Source of the DNA: an uncultured Methanosarcinales archaeon
Lineage (GTDB): Archaea > Nanobdellota > Nanobdellia > Woesearchaeales > CAXGTL01
Assembly: GCA_964535955.1 (NCBI GenBank)
Contig: CAZHVK010000005.1
Coordinates: forward strand, 1 to 63,984
Length of the DNA: 63,984 bases
Reading direction: 5' to 3'
Part shown: positions 1 through 9,126 of the stretch, piece by piece
Layout of the letters: each line of letters opens with the position of its first letter
How positions within the stretch are numbered: position 1 is the first letter of the stretch
Translations under genes and position numbers: made by a program
The notes under the pieces: generated by a model
Database searches by the model: none
What the model saw: the letters and a program-made list of their open reading frames with translations, nothing else
What the model was told of the DNA's origin: nothing

Positions 1-59
1 ATATTGTTATGAGAGTGATAATGGGTGTTGTTGATTTTTTTAAGGGATTGTTTTCATGA
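1..59 (+). CDS. 3' end of a truncated upstream gene (...IVMRVIMGVVDFFKGLFS*)
   Basis: Open frame from the window edge to TGA at 57-59; amphipathic C-terminal tail. Confidence 0.5.
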   Translation, partial: IVMRVIMGVVDFFKGLFS

Positions 60-74
60 TCAAGATGATACAAT

Positions 75-2357
75 ATGATGAATAAAAAGATAAATAAAAA
101 AAGAATTATAAGTTTGATTATTATTTGTTTTATAGTTTTTATGAGTTTCTTGGTTTTTGCTTCTGAAACTTCTAGACAACAAGCTTGTTCATCTGTGGAA
201 GGGTGTGTGTCTAAGTATAATATTATGACAACAGACCTTACTGATGATGGTTTACTAAAAGAAGAAAATATTCCTACTTGTACTTATGTTGTACAATGTA
301 AGAATTATCTTGAAGAATGTTATGTTGAAATAAATTTTATGAGCTGGTATTTAAGTGACTGTTATCATGATTGTATTACTGCTTCTATAGATACGCCTGG
401 TTTTTGTTCTGATTGTTGTGATAAAGTATTTGAAGATAAAGAAAATGATCAATTTCCTTATGTTTGGGATGCAAAACAAGCTGTAGAAGGTTTAGCAATG
501 AGTGGTTGTGATGATGAATGGAGCATAGTTACAGAAGATATTAGACTAGTTATACAAGCTTATCAAGATAATAAAAATAGTGCATATAACAAGTGTAGGT
601 GGAGAGATTTTGAAGGTGCTGAAGAAGAGGAAGAGGAGGAGGAAGAAGAAGAGGAAGAGGAATGTATTGACACTGATGGTGGGGTAAATTATAATGTTAG
701 AGGAACAACTAGTGCAGAGGGTGTTAGTTCTATTGATCAATGTTGGGGGTTTGGATTTGATCAAGTAATGGAATATTATTGTATAGAAAATTCTGTAACT
801 AGTATTCTTACAAATTGTCCATTTAGTTGTAAAGATGGTGCTTGTTTAACAGAAGAAGAGGCACAAGAAGAAGAGGAAGAAGAAACTCAGGAAGAAGGTG
901 ATGAAGAAGAAACTGATGAGGAAGAAGAAGAGGATGAAGAAGAAGAAGCTGATGAGGAGGAAGAAATAGATGAAGATGAGACTGATGAAGAAGAAGAGGA
1001 AGCAGAGGATGAATTAGATGAAGCAGATGATGAGGAAGAAGAGGATGATGAAAGTGATGATGAGGAGATTGATGGTGATGATGAAGAAGAAGAGGATGCT
1101 GATGAGGAGGAAGAAGAAGAAATAGATGAGGAAGATGATGACTTATTTGATCTAGATGATGATGAAGATGACAAAGATTTATTTGATTGGGAAAAAGAAG
1201 AGGAAGAATGGGAAAAAGAGCAAGAAGAGTGGGATAAGGAATTCGAAGAATGGGAAAAAGAATGGGAAGAGCAAGAAAAAGAAGACCAAGAATGGAAAGA
1301 AGAGTGGGAACCTGATGATGAAAAGATTGGTGATGATAAAATAATAATAAGAGATCTTAATGGAAATCTTGTTGAAGATGGAAGAGTAAAAATTGTATTA
1401 AAGAATGGAGATAAAATAGACACAACAATTAACAATGGAGAAATATATTATGATAAAGATACTGTTAAACACATTATAATCAGAGGTGATGAAGGAGAAA
1501 GATTGGCTATTAAAGAGGATAAATTACAAATAGCAAGTATGGTTTTAGGTAATGATAAAGAATGGAAAGAACACATTAATACAAAACTTGATGATTATGC
1601 TCAAATAATGAATGGCGGAGAAAAAGTTAATTTAGATGATCATTTTGATATTGATTGGGAATCAAATGAAAATGAATATAAGCCTCCCTCTAGTTTTTTT
1701 GGATGGGGTGATGAAAAAGGTACTATAAAATTTAATCCAGGTTATATAAATATAAATGGTGATGTTAATACTGCTGCTCATGAAACACTTGGCCATGCTT
1801 TGACAGAAGGAATTGGTGAAGGAAATAAATTTGATCATGCAGGAGAACGTCATGATGATCCTTGGCAGCCTCCTTTTAAAGAACGTTCTGCTTTTAACCC
1901 TGTTAGTTGGTTTGATGGAAAATATGCAGCACTTTCTGATAAAAAAGCAAAAGGAACAGCTGTGTCAGAAGGATGGGCTCAATATGTTGGTGATAAATGG
2001 GATAGAGAATTGAAAGGAGTTCCTGATAAAGATAGTGAATATAATGTTGCTAATGCTAAGATAAAGATGGAAGAGGGGAAAAAAGGTACATTTGGGCAAC
2101 TTTATGCTGATGATTCTGACTATGGTGCAAAAGTTGAGAATGTGGTTGCTACTGTTTTTAATGAAATTTATAAGGACAAAAGTATGAAAGAGGCTGTAAC
2201 TGATTTTACCAAAGTACGAGAGGAGTATAAGAAAACTCATGATGGGAAAACTTTCCAGGATATTAATGGATTTATTGAACACAAATTGAAGACTAGTACA
2301 GATAATAAAGAAAGAGACAAAATAAAAACACTAGCTGAAGATTTACAAATGCAATAA
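75..2357 (+). CDS. Secreted/surface protein: Cys-rich domains, long poly-Glu/Asp linker, C-terminal putative zinc metallopeptidase domain
   Basis: Signal peptide; CxDTDGG...EYYC...C...CKDGAC module; long acidic tract; HETLGH and downstream SEGWAQY motifs. Confidence 0.75.
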   Translation: MMNKKINKKRIISLIIICFIVFMSFLVFASETSRQQACSSVEGCVSKYNIMTTDLTDDGLLKEENIPTCTYVVQCKNYLEECYVEINFMSWYLSDCYHDCITASIDTPGFCSDCCDKVFEDKENDQFPYVWDAKQAVEGLAMSGCDDEWSIVTEDIRLVIQAYQDNKNSAYNKCRWRDFEGAEEEEEEEEEEEEEECIDTDGGVNYNVRGTTSAEGVSSIDQCWGFGFDQVMEYYCIENSVTSILTNCPFSCKDGACLTEEEAQEEEEEETQEEGDEEETDEEEEEDEEEEADEEEEIDEDETDEEEEEAEDELDEADDEEEEDDESDDEEIDGDDEEEEDADEEEEEEIDEEDDDLFDLDDDEDDKDLFDWEKEEEEWEKEQEEWDKEFEEWEKEWEEQEKEDQEWKEEWEPDDEKIGDDKIIIRDLNGNLVEDGRVKIVLKNGDKIDTTINNGEIYYDKDTVKHIIIRGDEGERLAIKEDKLQIASMVLGNDKEWKEHINTKLDDYAQIMNGGEKVNLDDHFDIDWESNENEYKPPSSFFGWGDEKGTIKFNPGYININGDVNTAAHETLGHALTEGIGEGNKFDHAGERHDDPWQPPFKERSAFNPVSWFDGKYAALSDKKAKGTAVSEGWAQYVGDKWDRELKGVPDKDSEYNVANAKIKMEEGKKGTFGQLYADDSDYGAKVENVVATVFNEIYKDKSMKEAVTDFTKVREEYKKTHDGKTFQDINGFIEHKLKTSTDNKERDKIKTLAEDLQMQ

Positions 2358-2369
2358 ATGACTATTTTG

Positions 2370-3848
2370 TTAATCCCAACCAAACCTTTTCAAAATATCA
2401 ATTGCATATTTTAGTTTTTTCTTAGAACGAGCATATATTGTAAAAATCTTACTGCCTTTTTTTACATAATCACCAACATGATGATATAAATAAATTCCAG
2501 CACTTTTGTCTAAAGGAGCTCCTGCAATCCTAGCAATCTTTGCAATTGTTTTATTATTTATATGTTTGATTATCCCTGAATGTGATGCTTTTACATGATA
2601 AGTGAACCTACCAATTGGAATTCTTCCTGGTTTAATATCTGGATTTCCTTCTTGTGCTTTTATAATTTTTTTCATTGTTTCATATGCTTTACCTGATTCT
2701 AAAATCTCTTTTGCCACTTTTTGAGGTTTCTTTATTTTAGCCATTCTCATTATTAATGCAGCCATATGAAGTGCTTTTTCTTTAAGATCTTGAGGTGCTT
2801 TTTCATGATTTTGTAATACATAAAGAACATCTCTAGCTTCCAAAGCAGGGCCAATACCATTTCCAATTGGTTGAGTTCCATCAGTTAAAATTACTTTGAC
2901 TTTCATACCTAATAATTTTCCTAGTTTAATAAATTTCTTTTTTAGTTTTTTGCCTTGCTTCTTTGTCTTGAATTTTGTGTCTGGTCCAATAGGGATGTCT
3001 ATCAAGACATGGTTTGCATTCACTGCATGTTTTTTTGCCATAATTGATGCTAATAACATGCCTTCTGGATCTAAGCTTACTGGATGTCTTATCTTTATCA
3101 TATGGTCATCTGCTGTTGCTAGATTAACACCACCACCCCACACTATACAACCTCCTACTTTATTAATAATTTTTTTCATCTTATTAACAGGAATTGTGAC
3201 ATTACACAAAACTTCCATTGTATCTGCTGTGCCTGCTGGTGAAGTAATTGATCTTGAAGATGTTTTTGGAAATGTGATTCCTGCTGCAACACAGATTGGT
3301 ATAACTAACATCGTTGTTCTATTACCAGGGACACCTCCTGAACAATGTTTGTCTGCTATAAGTTTTTTATCTAATTTTAATTGATCGCCATTATCAACAA
3401 TTGCATTTGTCAAGTCAACTGTTTCTCTCATTGTAAGGCCATTTGTAAATGAAGCTGCAATAAAATAACAAGTTTCAATGTCTGTTAAATTCCTGTTTAC
3501 AATATCTTTTACAATTTCATTTATTTCTTTTTTTGATAATTGTTTTCCTTCTAATTTATTTTTGATGAACATGACTGATTCTGGTTTTTGTGCAAGGTCT
3601 ATGCATACTTTATCATTTGCTTTTGTCTTGAGAATATCTTCTACTTCTTCAAACAATCCTATTTTTCCTTTTGACACTGCTCTGTCTGATTCTCCAATAT
3701 CAACAATTGCAACTGTTTGTTTTCTTCCTTTTTTGATTAGAATTCTATCTCCTACATGAAGATCTAATTTGTGTGCATCTTTGTAATTGATTAGAGCTAT
3801 GAGTGGACCGCCTGTGGCAATATCCATATCTTTGACTATTAAGTGCAT
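2370..3848 (-). CDS. deoA: AMP phosphorylase (archaeal thymidine/pyrimidine-nucleoside phosphorylase family)
   Basis: DKHCSGGVPGNRTT, KTSSRSITSPAGTADTMEVL, QPIGNGIGPALEARD motifs; N-terminal extension typical of AMPpase. Confidence 0.92.
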   Translation of the reverse strand: MHLIVKDMDIATGGPLIALINYKDAHKLDLHVGDRILIKKGRKQTVAIVDIGESDRAVSKGKIGLFEEVEDILKTKANDKVCIDLAQKPESVMFIKNKLEGKQLSKKEINEIVKDIVNRNLTDIETCYFIAASFTNGLTMRETVDLTNAIVDNGDQLKLDKKLIADKHCSGGVPGNRTTMLVIPICVAAGITFPKTSSRSITSPAGTADTMEVLCNVTIPVNKMKKIINKVGGCIVWGGGVNLATADDHMIKIRHPVSLDPEGMLLASIMAKKHAVNANHVLIDIPIGPDTKFKTKKQGKKLKKKFIKLGKLLGMKVKVILTDGTQPIGNGIGPALEARDVLYVLQNHEKAPQDLKEKALHMAALIMRMAKIKKPQKVAKEILESGKAYETMKKIIKAQEGNPDIKPGRIPIGRFTYHVKASHSGIIKHINNKTIAKIARIAGAPLDKSAGIYLYHHVGDYVKKGSKIFTIYARSKKKLKYAIDILKRFGWD

Positions 3849-3894
3849 GTAGTTTTCCTCCTCTTTTTTTATATTTATTTATTGTTCGGTGATA

Positions 3895-3973
3895 TATAAA
3901 TGTTTTGTATAATAACATTTATGCCTAAAAATCTATTTGATTTTTAATGTATAAATGTTTTGTATAATAACAT
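3895..3973. repeat. 24-bp direct repeat TATAAATGTTTTGTATAATAACAT (3895-3918, 3950-3973) in a divergent promoter region
   Basis: Exact duplicate read from sequence; the first copy lies within the inverted repeat ATAAATGTT..AACATTTAT. Confidence 0.8.
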
Positions 3974-4012
3974 AAAAACATTTAAATAATATTTATCAAT
4001 AAATATAAATAC

Positions 4013-4426
4013 ATGACAAATGCTACAAAAGTCACACAAACAGGTGAAACTGTTCTTGATAAGATTGTGGATGTTATTATTCCACCAAAGATAGTCTCAT
4101 TCTTGAATATAACCCTATATGAAAACTCATTCATGATATTTAATTATTGGTCTTTTGTTCATTTTTTCTCTGGTGCAGTATTCTACTTCTTTTTTCCAAA
4201 CATGGAAATTAAAAGAAAGTTTAAACTTTGGATTATCATAAATCTGGTATATGAAGTAGTAGAATTCTTATTAGCACTTGGTGGTCATCCATTATTTGTA
4301 GAAGAATTTGTTGATATTGTATGGGATATTATTATTTCTTTGTCAGGTTTCTTAGTAATATGGGGTTTAAGAAATTTAGGAATAAAAGTAAATAAGAAAT
4401 ATAGACTAAAATCAAAACATAAATAA
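4013..4426 (+). CDS. Small integral membrane protein
   Basis: About 3 hydrophobic segments; WSFVHF...YEVVE...WD pattern. Confidence 0.7.
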   Translation: MTNATKVTQTGETVLDKIVDVIIPPKIVSFLNITLYENSFMIFNYWSFVHFFSGAVFYFFFPNMEIKRKFKLWIIINLVYEVVEFLLALGGHPLFVEEFVDIVWDIIISLSGFLVIWGLRNLGIKVNKKYRLKSKHK

Positions 4427-4461
4427 GAAAGTTTTATAAACCTCTTCCACCTACTATATCT

Positions 4462-4680
4462 TTGTGATAAACATGACAAGAGTTGGTTGTATTCATTGTT
4501 AGAAACGTGAATTCTGATTTGATTAGACTAAACTCTTTGGTTTATGACAATATTTTCCATAGCTAGCTCAGGCTGGCTAAACTTCTTAAACTAAATCATA
4601 GAAATGCTTTAAAGCTTTTTTAGAGGCTGTTTTTGGCTTTAAGGTTGATTTTGTACTTGTTTTGTAAAATAGCTTTAGCT
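4462..4680 (+). ncRNA. Candidate structured RNA / long tRNA leader
   Basis: Starts ~22 nt after TTTTATAAA (4432-4440); nested helices 4462-4550, hairpin 4560-4579, stem 4593-4651, with G-U pairs favouring the + strand. Confidence 0.4.
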
Positions 4681-4684
4681 GTAT

Positions 4685-4753
4685 GCTGCTATGGTGTAAT
4701 CAGCACAATTGGATGTGAACCAATAGGTCCAGGTGAAAGTTCTGGTAGTGGCA
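4685..4753 (+). tRNA. Non-canonical tRNA-His(GUG)-like element
   Basis: Cloverleaf: GCTGCTA/TAGTGGC acceptor, ATTGG-ATGTGAA-CCAAT anticodon arm, CCAGG-TGAAAGT-TCTGG T arm; lacks D-loop GG, TTC and G-1:C73. Confidence 0.6.
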
Positions 4754-4801
4754 TAATATCAAAAAGTGTGGAAGGTGGAAATAAGCCTTATGCATAATAA
4801 T

Positions 4802-4873
4802 GGTAATAGTAGTGTAATGGCAGCATACTAGTCTGTGGAACTGGAGGACCGGGTTCAACTCCCGGCTATTACC
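4802..4873 (+). tRNA. tRNA-His(GUG)
   Basis: Encoded G-1, GTAATAG/CTATTAC acceptor, C73, anticodon loop CTGTGGA, T arm CCGGG-TTCAACT-CCCGG. Confidence 0.95.
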
Positions 4874-4949
4874 CTCATGATCATAAAAAGTAAAATTATG
4901 AAAAAGATTTATATAGAACAAAGATAAAAATCAATAGGAGGAAAGAAAA

Positions 4950-6242
4950 ATGGAGCTTATGACAGCAAAAGGAATGAGGGATTTTGCACCTCAAGAAAAG
5001 ATTCTGCGAAATAAAGTAGTTGATAAACTTGTAAAAGTGTTTGAAAAATATGGGTTTTTGCCATTAGAAACACCAATAGTTGAAAGATTTGATGTTTTGA
5101 GTGCTAAGTATGCTGCTGGTGAAGCTAGTGATGCAATGAAAGAAACATTTAGGTTAAAAGATCAAGGTGGCAGAGATCTTGGGTTAAGGTTTGACTTGAC
5201 TGTACCATTTTCTAGGTTCGTTGGGATGAATCCAAATCTAAAGATGCCATTTAAAAGATATCAGATTGGTGAAGTTTTTAGGGATGGGCCTATTAAGTTA
5301 GGCAGATATAGAGAGTTTTGGCAGTGTGATGTTGATTTTGTTGGTTCAAGTAGCATGATAAGTGATGCTGAAATAATAAAATTAAGTCTAGATGCATTCA
5401 AAGAATTAAAATTAAATGCTTACTTAGAAATTAATAATCGTAAATTATTGCAAGGTTTACTTATTGATTGCGGTGTTGATAAGTCTAAGTTAGACGATGT
5501 TGTCATAGTTGTTGATAAACTAAAAAAGATTGGTCCAAAAGGTGTGGCTGATGAATTAGAAAGATTAGGATTAACTGGTTCTGTAATTGAAAGTATCACT
5601 GATGTTTTTTATATGAAAGGTACTAATACAGAGATTTTGGAGAAACTTGGTAAGAAAGTAATTTGTCCATTATCTGTTGAAGGTTTAGGTGAGCTAAAGG
5701 AACTTTATTCTTACCTAGATGATGAGAATATTAAAAACATTGTTATCAATGTTTCACTTGCAAGAGGATTAGCATATTATACAGGAACAGTGTTTGAAGG
5801 TTTTTTAAGAAAAAGTGAAGTTAAGTCATCCATATGTGGTGGAGGCCGTTTTGATGATATGATTGGAGAATATTTGGGCGGCAAAGAAAAGTTTCCTGCA
5901 TGTGGAATAAGTTTTGGACTGGATGTAATTTCAGAAGCAATGAAATTACAAGGTTTAGGAAAAGATAAGACTGTTTCAAAAGTTTATGTTGTACCAATTG
6001 GTTGTGTAAAAGAATGTTTTGGAATTACTCAACAATTGCGTAATGCTGGAATCAATACTGACTTTGATATTATTGGTCGTAGTATTTCTAAAAATATGAA
6101 GTATGCTGATACTGTTGGTGTTCCTTATGTTATTCTTGTTGGAGAAGAAGAGTTGAAATTAGGTAAGGTTAAGTTAAGGGATATGACAAGTGGGAATGAA
6201 GAAATGCTGAGTGTTGAAGAAGTTGTGCAGAAGTTGAAATAA
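4950..6242 (+). CDS. hisS: Histidine--tRNA ligase
   Basis: LRFDLTVP, GRYREFWQCDVD, LARGLAYYTG, GGGRFD motifs and anticodon-binding domain. Confidence 0.97.
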   Translation: MELMTAKGMRDFAPQEKILRNKVVDKLVKVFEKYGFLPLETPIVERFDVLSAKYAAGEASDAMKETFRLKDQGGRDLGLRFDLTVPFSRFVGMNPNLKMPFKRYQIGEVFRDGPIKLGRYREFWQCDVDFVGSSSMISDAEIIKLSLDAFKELKLNAYLEINNRKLLQGLLIDCGVDKSKLDDVVIVVDKLKKIGPKGVADELERLGLTGSVIESITDVFYMKGTNTEILEKLGKKVICPLSVEGLGELKELYSYLDDENIKNIVINVSLARGLAYYTGTVFEGFLRKSEVKSSICGGGRFDDMIGEYLGGKEKFPACGISFGLDVISEAMKLQGLGKDKTVSKVYVVPIGCVKECFGITQQLRNAGINTDFDIIGRSISKNMKYADTVGVPYVILVGEEELKLGKVKLRDMTSGNEEMLSVEEVVQKLK

Positions 6243-6695
6243 TTATTCTGTAATATCAGCAACAACTGCATTATTTAACCTAATAATGTCTTGTGTTTTT
6301 AATTCAAGTAATTTTGTCCTTTCTCCACCACCGCCGTATATTGATTCATACTGTGTTAGTTTCTTGTCAAGAATTACTTTCATCTTTACTTTATGATTAA
6401 CCATTGGAGTTGCTCCTGGTAAATATCCTGAATAGTTTTCTGCTTCTGAAAATGGAACTAATCTTACTTTTTTTGCATTGATTGTTTGTTTTACTTTTGA
6501 AAAACTTAGTTTACAATCTCCTGGAATGATTGCTAGAACTGGATTCTTATCTTGATCTAATATTACTAATGATTTTGTTACTTTTTTTAAATCAATGCCT
6601 GCTTTTGCAGCTGCATCTGCTGTATGGATTGTTTCTGGTTTGTCTACAAATCTGTGCCAAAGATTGTTTTCTTTTAAATATTGTATGAGTTGCAT
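6243..6695 (-). CDS. YbaK/EbsC-family aminoacyl-tRNA deacylase
   Basis: VTKSLV with conserved Lys, SGYLPGATP, YGGGG motifs. Confidence 0.88.
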   Translation of the reverse strand: MQLIQYLKENNLWHRFVDKPETIHTADAAAKAGIDLKKVTKSLVILDQDKNPVLAIIPGDCKLSFSKVKQTINAKKVRLVPFSEAENYSGYLPGATPMVNHKVKMKVILDKKLTQYESIYGGGGERTKLLELKTQDIIRLNNAVVADITE

Positions 6696-6717
6696 TTTTA
6701 TTTGTTCAGTCTTTTGT

Positions 6718-7617
6718 TCAATCTTCTAATCTTGTCAACACAATAATCTTATCATCAACAATAGCAACAGTGTGCTCATGCTGAGAAACTAAACCATTCT
6801 GTACTTCTTGTAATGGAGTGTGTTCTGTTAATGCTTCTTGGTTTTTTAATTGCTTTAATGTGAAGTTTACCTGAGCCTCACTAAATTTATTTAGTAAATG
6901 TCTTTTTGAGAATGGTAATGTTTTGAAATTGTTTTGTATGAATTTCATTATGTTTCTTGCAAAGCCAATCCGCATTGGTTTGAATTCTTTTATTAAAAAG
7001 ATTTCTGGATCTTTTGTTTGTTTTATCATACCAGGACCAGTTGTTGCAAATGGTTCAATTGCAAATACCATATCGTTTTGAAGTGGAAACTGATCATTGT
7101 TGTCATAGTTTGGTATATTGGGTTGGGCATGTGCTAAATAAAGTCCTAATGAATGGCCTGACAGATTTCTTATTGGTTGGAATCCTTTGCTTGTGATAGT
7201 ATCCTCGATTACTTTTCCTATTTCACCTAGCTTTACACCTATTTTTAATGCTTTGATTGCATTATCTAGTGCTTGTTTGCTTGCTTGTACAAGTTCTTTA
7301 TGTTTTCCACTTAGATCTATTGTTATTGCAGTGTCACCTATGTGACCATCAATGTGTACACCTATGTCAAGCTTTACAATCTCGTCTTTTAGAATTCTGT
7401 CATCATCTTTATGTGCACAATCATGTGCTGCAAAATCATTTAATGATATGTTTACAGGGAAAGCTATTTGTCCGCCTAATTCCTTGATTTTTTTTTCTAT
7501 TTGTTCTGTTACTTCTAGAATTGATGCACCTGGCTTGATTAAGTCTTTGCCATAGTTTAAAGCCTGGGCTGCTATCTTTCCTGCTTGTTTTAGTTTTTGT
7601 AGTGATTCTTGTTCCAT
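6718..7617 (-). CDS. map: Type II methionine aminopeptidase
   Basis: KLDIGVHIDGHIGDTA, NLSGHS, AIEPF, SQHEHT with type II insert. Confidence 0.96.
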   Translation of the reverse strand: MEQESLQKLKQAGKIAAQALNYGKDLIKPGASILEVTEQIEKKIKELGGQIAFPVNISLNDFAAHDCAHKDDDRILKDEIVKLDIGVHIDGHIGDTAITIDLSGKHKELVQASKQALDNAIKALKIGVKLGEIGKVIEDTITSKGFQPIRNLSGHSLGLYLAHAQPNIPNYDNNDQFPLQNDMVFAIEPFATTGPGMIKQTKDPEIFLIKEFKPMRIGFARNIMKFIQNNFKTLPFSKRHLLNKFSEAQVNFTLKQLKNQEALTEHTPLQEVQNGLVSQHEHTVAIVDDKIIVLTRLED

Positions 7618-7704
7618 GTATGTTGGTGGAAAGAAGTTGTATTTAAATGTAATGTTGTTATTAGTTAGAGATAGTTTTATTTAAAGAAATAAAGAAAATC
7701 ATAA

Positions 7705-8292
7705 TCAACCATAAGACTTACTTTCATAAAAAGGTTCTTGTTCTTGTTCTAGTAAGAATCCTTTTAAGTCTAAGTATTTCTTAGCTGCATCAAGAAGAGC
7801 TTCTGCTTCTTCTCTTAACTCTTCTTTGTGTTTGCTGATCTTATCTTTATATATTCTTTTTTTCCATAATTCTTGAAAATGTTTTACAAATGCATTCTTA
7901 TTCCATTCACCTTTAGGATCGACTACAAGTTTTGCTGACACATCAAATTTTAATTCGCCAATGTTTGCTTTTAATTTTCTGTTTTCATGCATAACTTCAA
8001 CATCTTTTATTTGTAATGTTGAAAATTTAATACTTAACTTAAACAAGAAATATTTACTTTCATGAGGATCTTTTTGAGCTTCCCATTTAATTATATGGTC
8101 TTTTGCACCAGACGCAAACTCTTTTTGAAGATATGATCTTTCAAAAGTTAAGGTTTCAATGTCATCATAATCTGGATCAATCCAATCATTGTCTCTTAAC
8201 CAAAAATAAACTAATTTATAAAATTCTTTAAGATCATGAACATCTTTATACTTGATAGATGATTTTAGTACTGGTATTTCTTCTGCTGCCAT
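7705..8292 (-). CDS. Hypothetical protein
   Basis: 195-aa ORF with upstream TATA and SD-like sequence; no motif recognised. Confidence 0.75.
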   Translation of the reverse strand: MAAEEIPVLKSSIKYKDVHDLKEFYKLVYFWLRDNDWIDPDYDDIETLTFERSYLQKEFASGAKDHIIKWEAQKDPHESKYFLFKLSIKFSTLQIKDVEVMHENRKLKANIGELKFDVSAKLVVDPKGEWNKNAFVKHFQELWKKRIYKDKISKHKEELREEAEALLDAAKKYLDLKGFLLEQEQEPFYESKSYG

Positions 8293-8332
8293 ATATTTAA
8301 CCTTATGTGATGGGTATATATAAATTTTTGCT

Positions 8333-9028
8333 CTAATATCGGAATAATCCCTTTTTTTTGTTAAAAGGGCCTCTTAATACTAATGAAGCTGTTCTTGCAA
8401 ATTCATATAAATTTAATGGTCTTGATTTTATCTTTATTTTGTTTTTTCTGATTGCTTCTAAAACAGAATCTTTATTCTGGTTTGCATCTATTAATGAAAA
8501 GTTTGTGTTTATTTGATATAAAAAATGTGCATCTGAAGTTGCTATTATTGATTTATTATGTTTTTTTGCTACTTTAACTGCTTTTTTATTTCTGTTTATG
8601 AAGGTTGTATAAAAATTAGAATGTTCAATTGCATCAAACAGATTAATATGTTTGATTAATAATTTATGGCCTAATGCTACAGGCAGAATAAAATAAGGGT
8701 GAGGAGCTATTATCAATGTTTCTGGATGTTTGTCTTTGAGTTCATATAATTGGTTAAATGTTGTTGGATTTTTAAAGTCTAGTGGAGGATTTAGTAACAG
8801 TATGTCTTTGATTTTGTTAACTCTTGCCTCCATACCAGGTATTAAAAGAATATCATGTTTCTTAGCATATGATTTTATCTGATTGTTGAAATAGATTGAT
8901 TTATGGTTTGTTATTGATAATACTTTAAAATTAAGTTTAGAACAATATTTAATAAGTGTTTTAGCATCATAATTAATAATATCTAAAGGATCTTCTTTTG
9001 TGTGTATGTGGAAGTCTGATTTGAGCAT
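8333..9028 (-). CDS. PHP-domain metal-dependent phosphoesterase
   Basis: DFHIHT, ITNH, PGME, APHP, TSDAH motifs. Confidence 0.9.
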   Translation of the reverse strand: MLKSDFHIHTKEDPLDIINYDAKTLIKYCSKLNFKVLSITNHKSIYFNNQIKSYAKKHDILLIPGMEARVNKIKDILLLNPPLDFKNPTTFNQLYELKDKHPETLIIAPHPYFILPVALGHKLLIKHINLFDAIEHSNFYTTFINRNKKAVKVAKKHNKSIIATSDAHFLYQINTNFSLIDANQNKDSVLEAIRKNKIKIKSRPLNLYEFARTASLVLRGPFNKKKGLFRY

Positions 9029-9126
9029 ATTTGTTTGGTTTTTCTTTATTATTTATAAATATATATAGAAAAGAGATTACCATTCCAGAATAGTCATATA
9101 ATTTTATAAAGGATTTGTGTGGATTT

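Noticed and set aside
887..1435. Poly-Ser ORF on the minus strand and Lys-rich ORF 1156-1344
   Set aside because: Shadow frames of the GAA/GAT-rich acidic tract of the 75-2357 gene.
2370..3848. AMP phosphorylase as a novel pathway
   Set aside because: Standard component of the known archaeal AMP/RuBisCO salvage route; its partners may lie outside the window.
4770..4792. AAGGTGGAA resembling a T-box upstream of hisS
   Set aside because: Lacks the UGGNACC bulge and terminator, and a full tRNA gene plus a separate TATA-like element lie between it and hisS.
4700..4921. 73-aa minus-strand ORF
   Set aside because: Antisense to the tRNA-His genes; no protein features.
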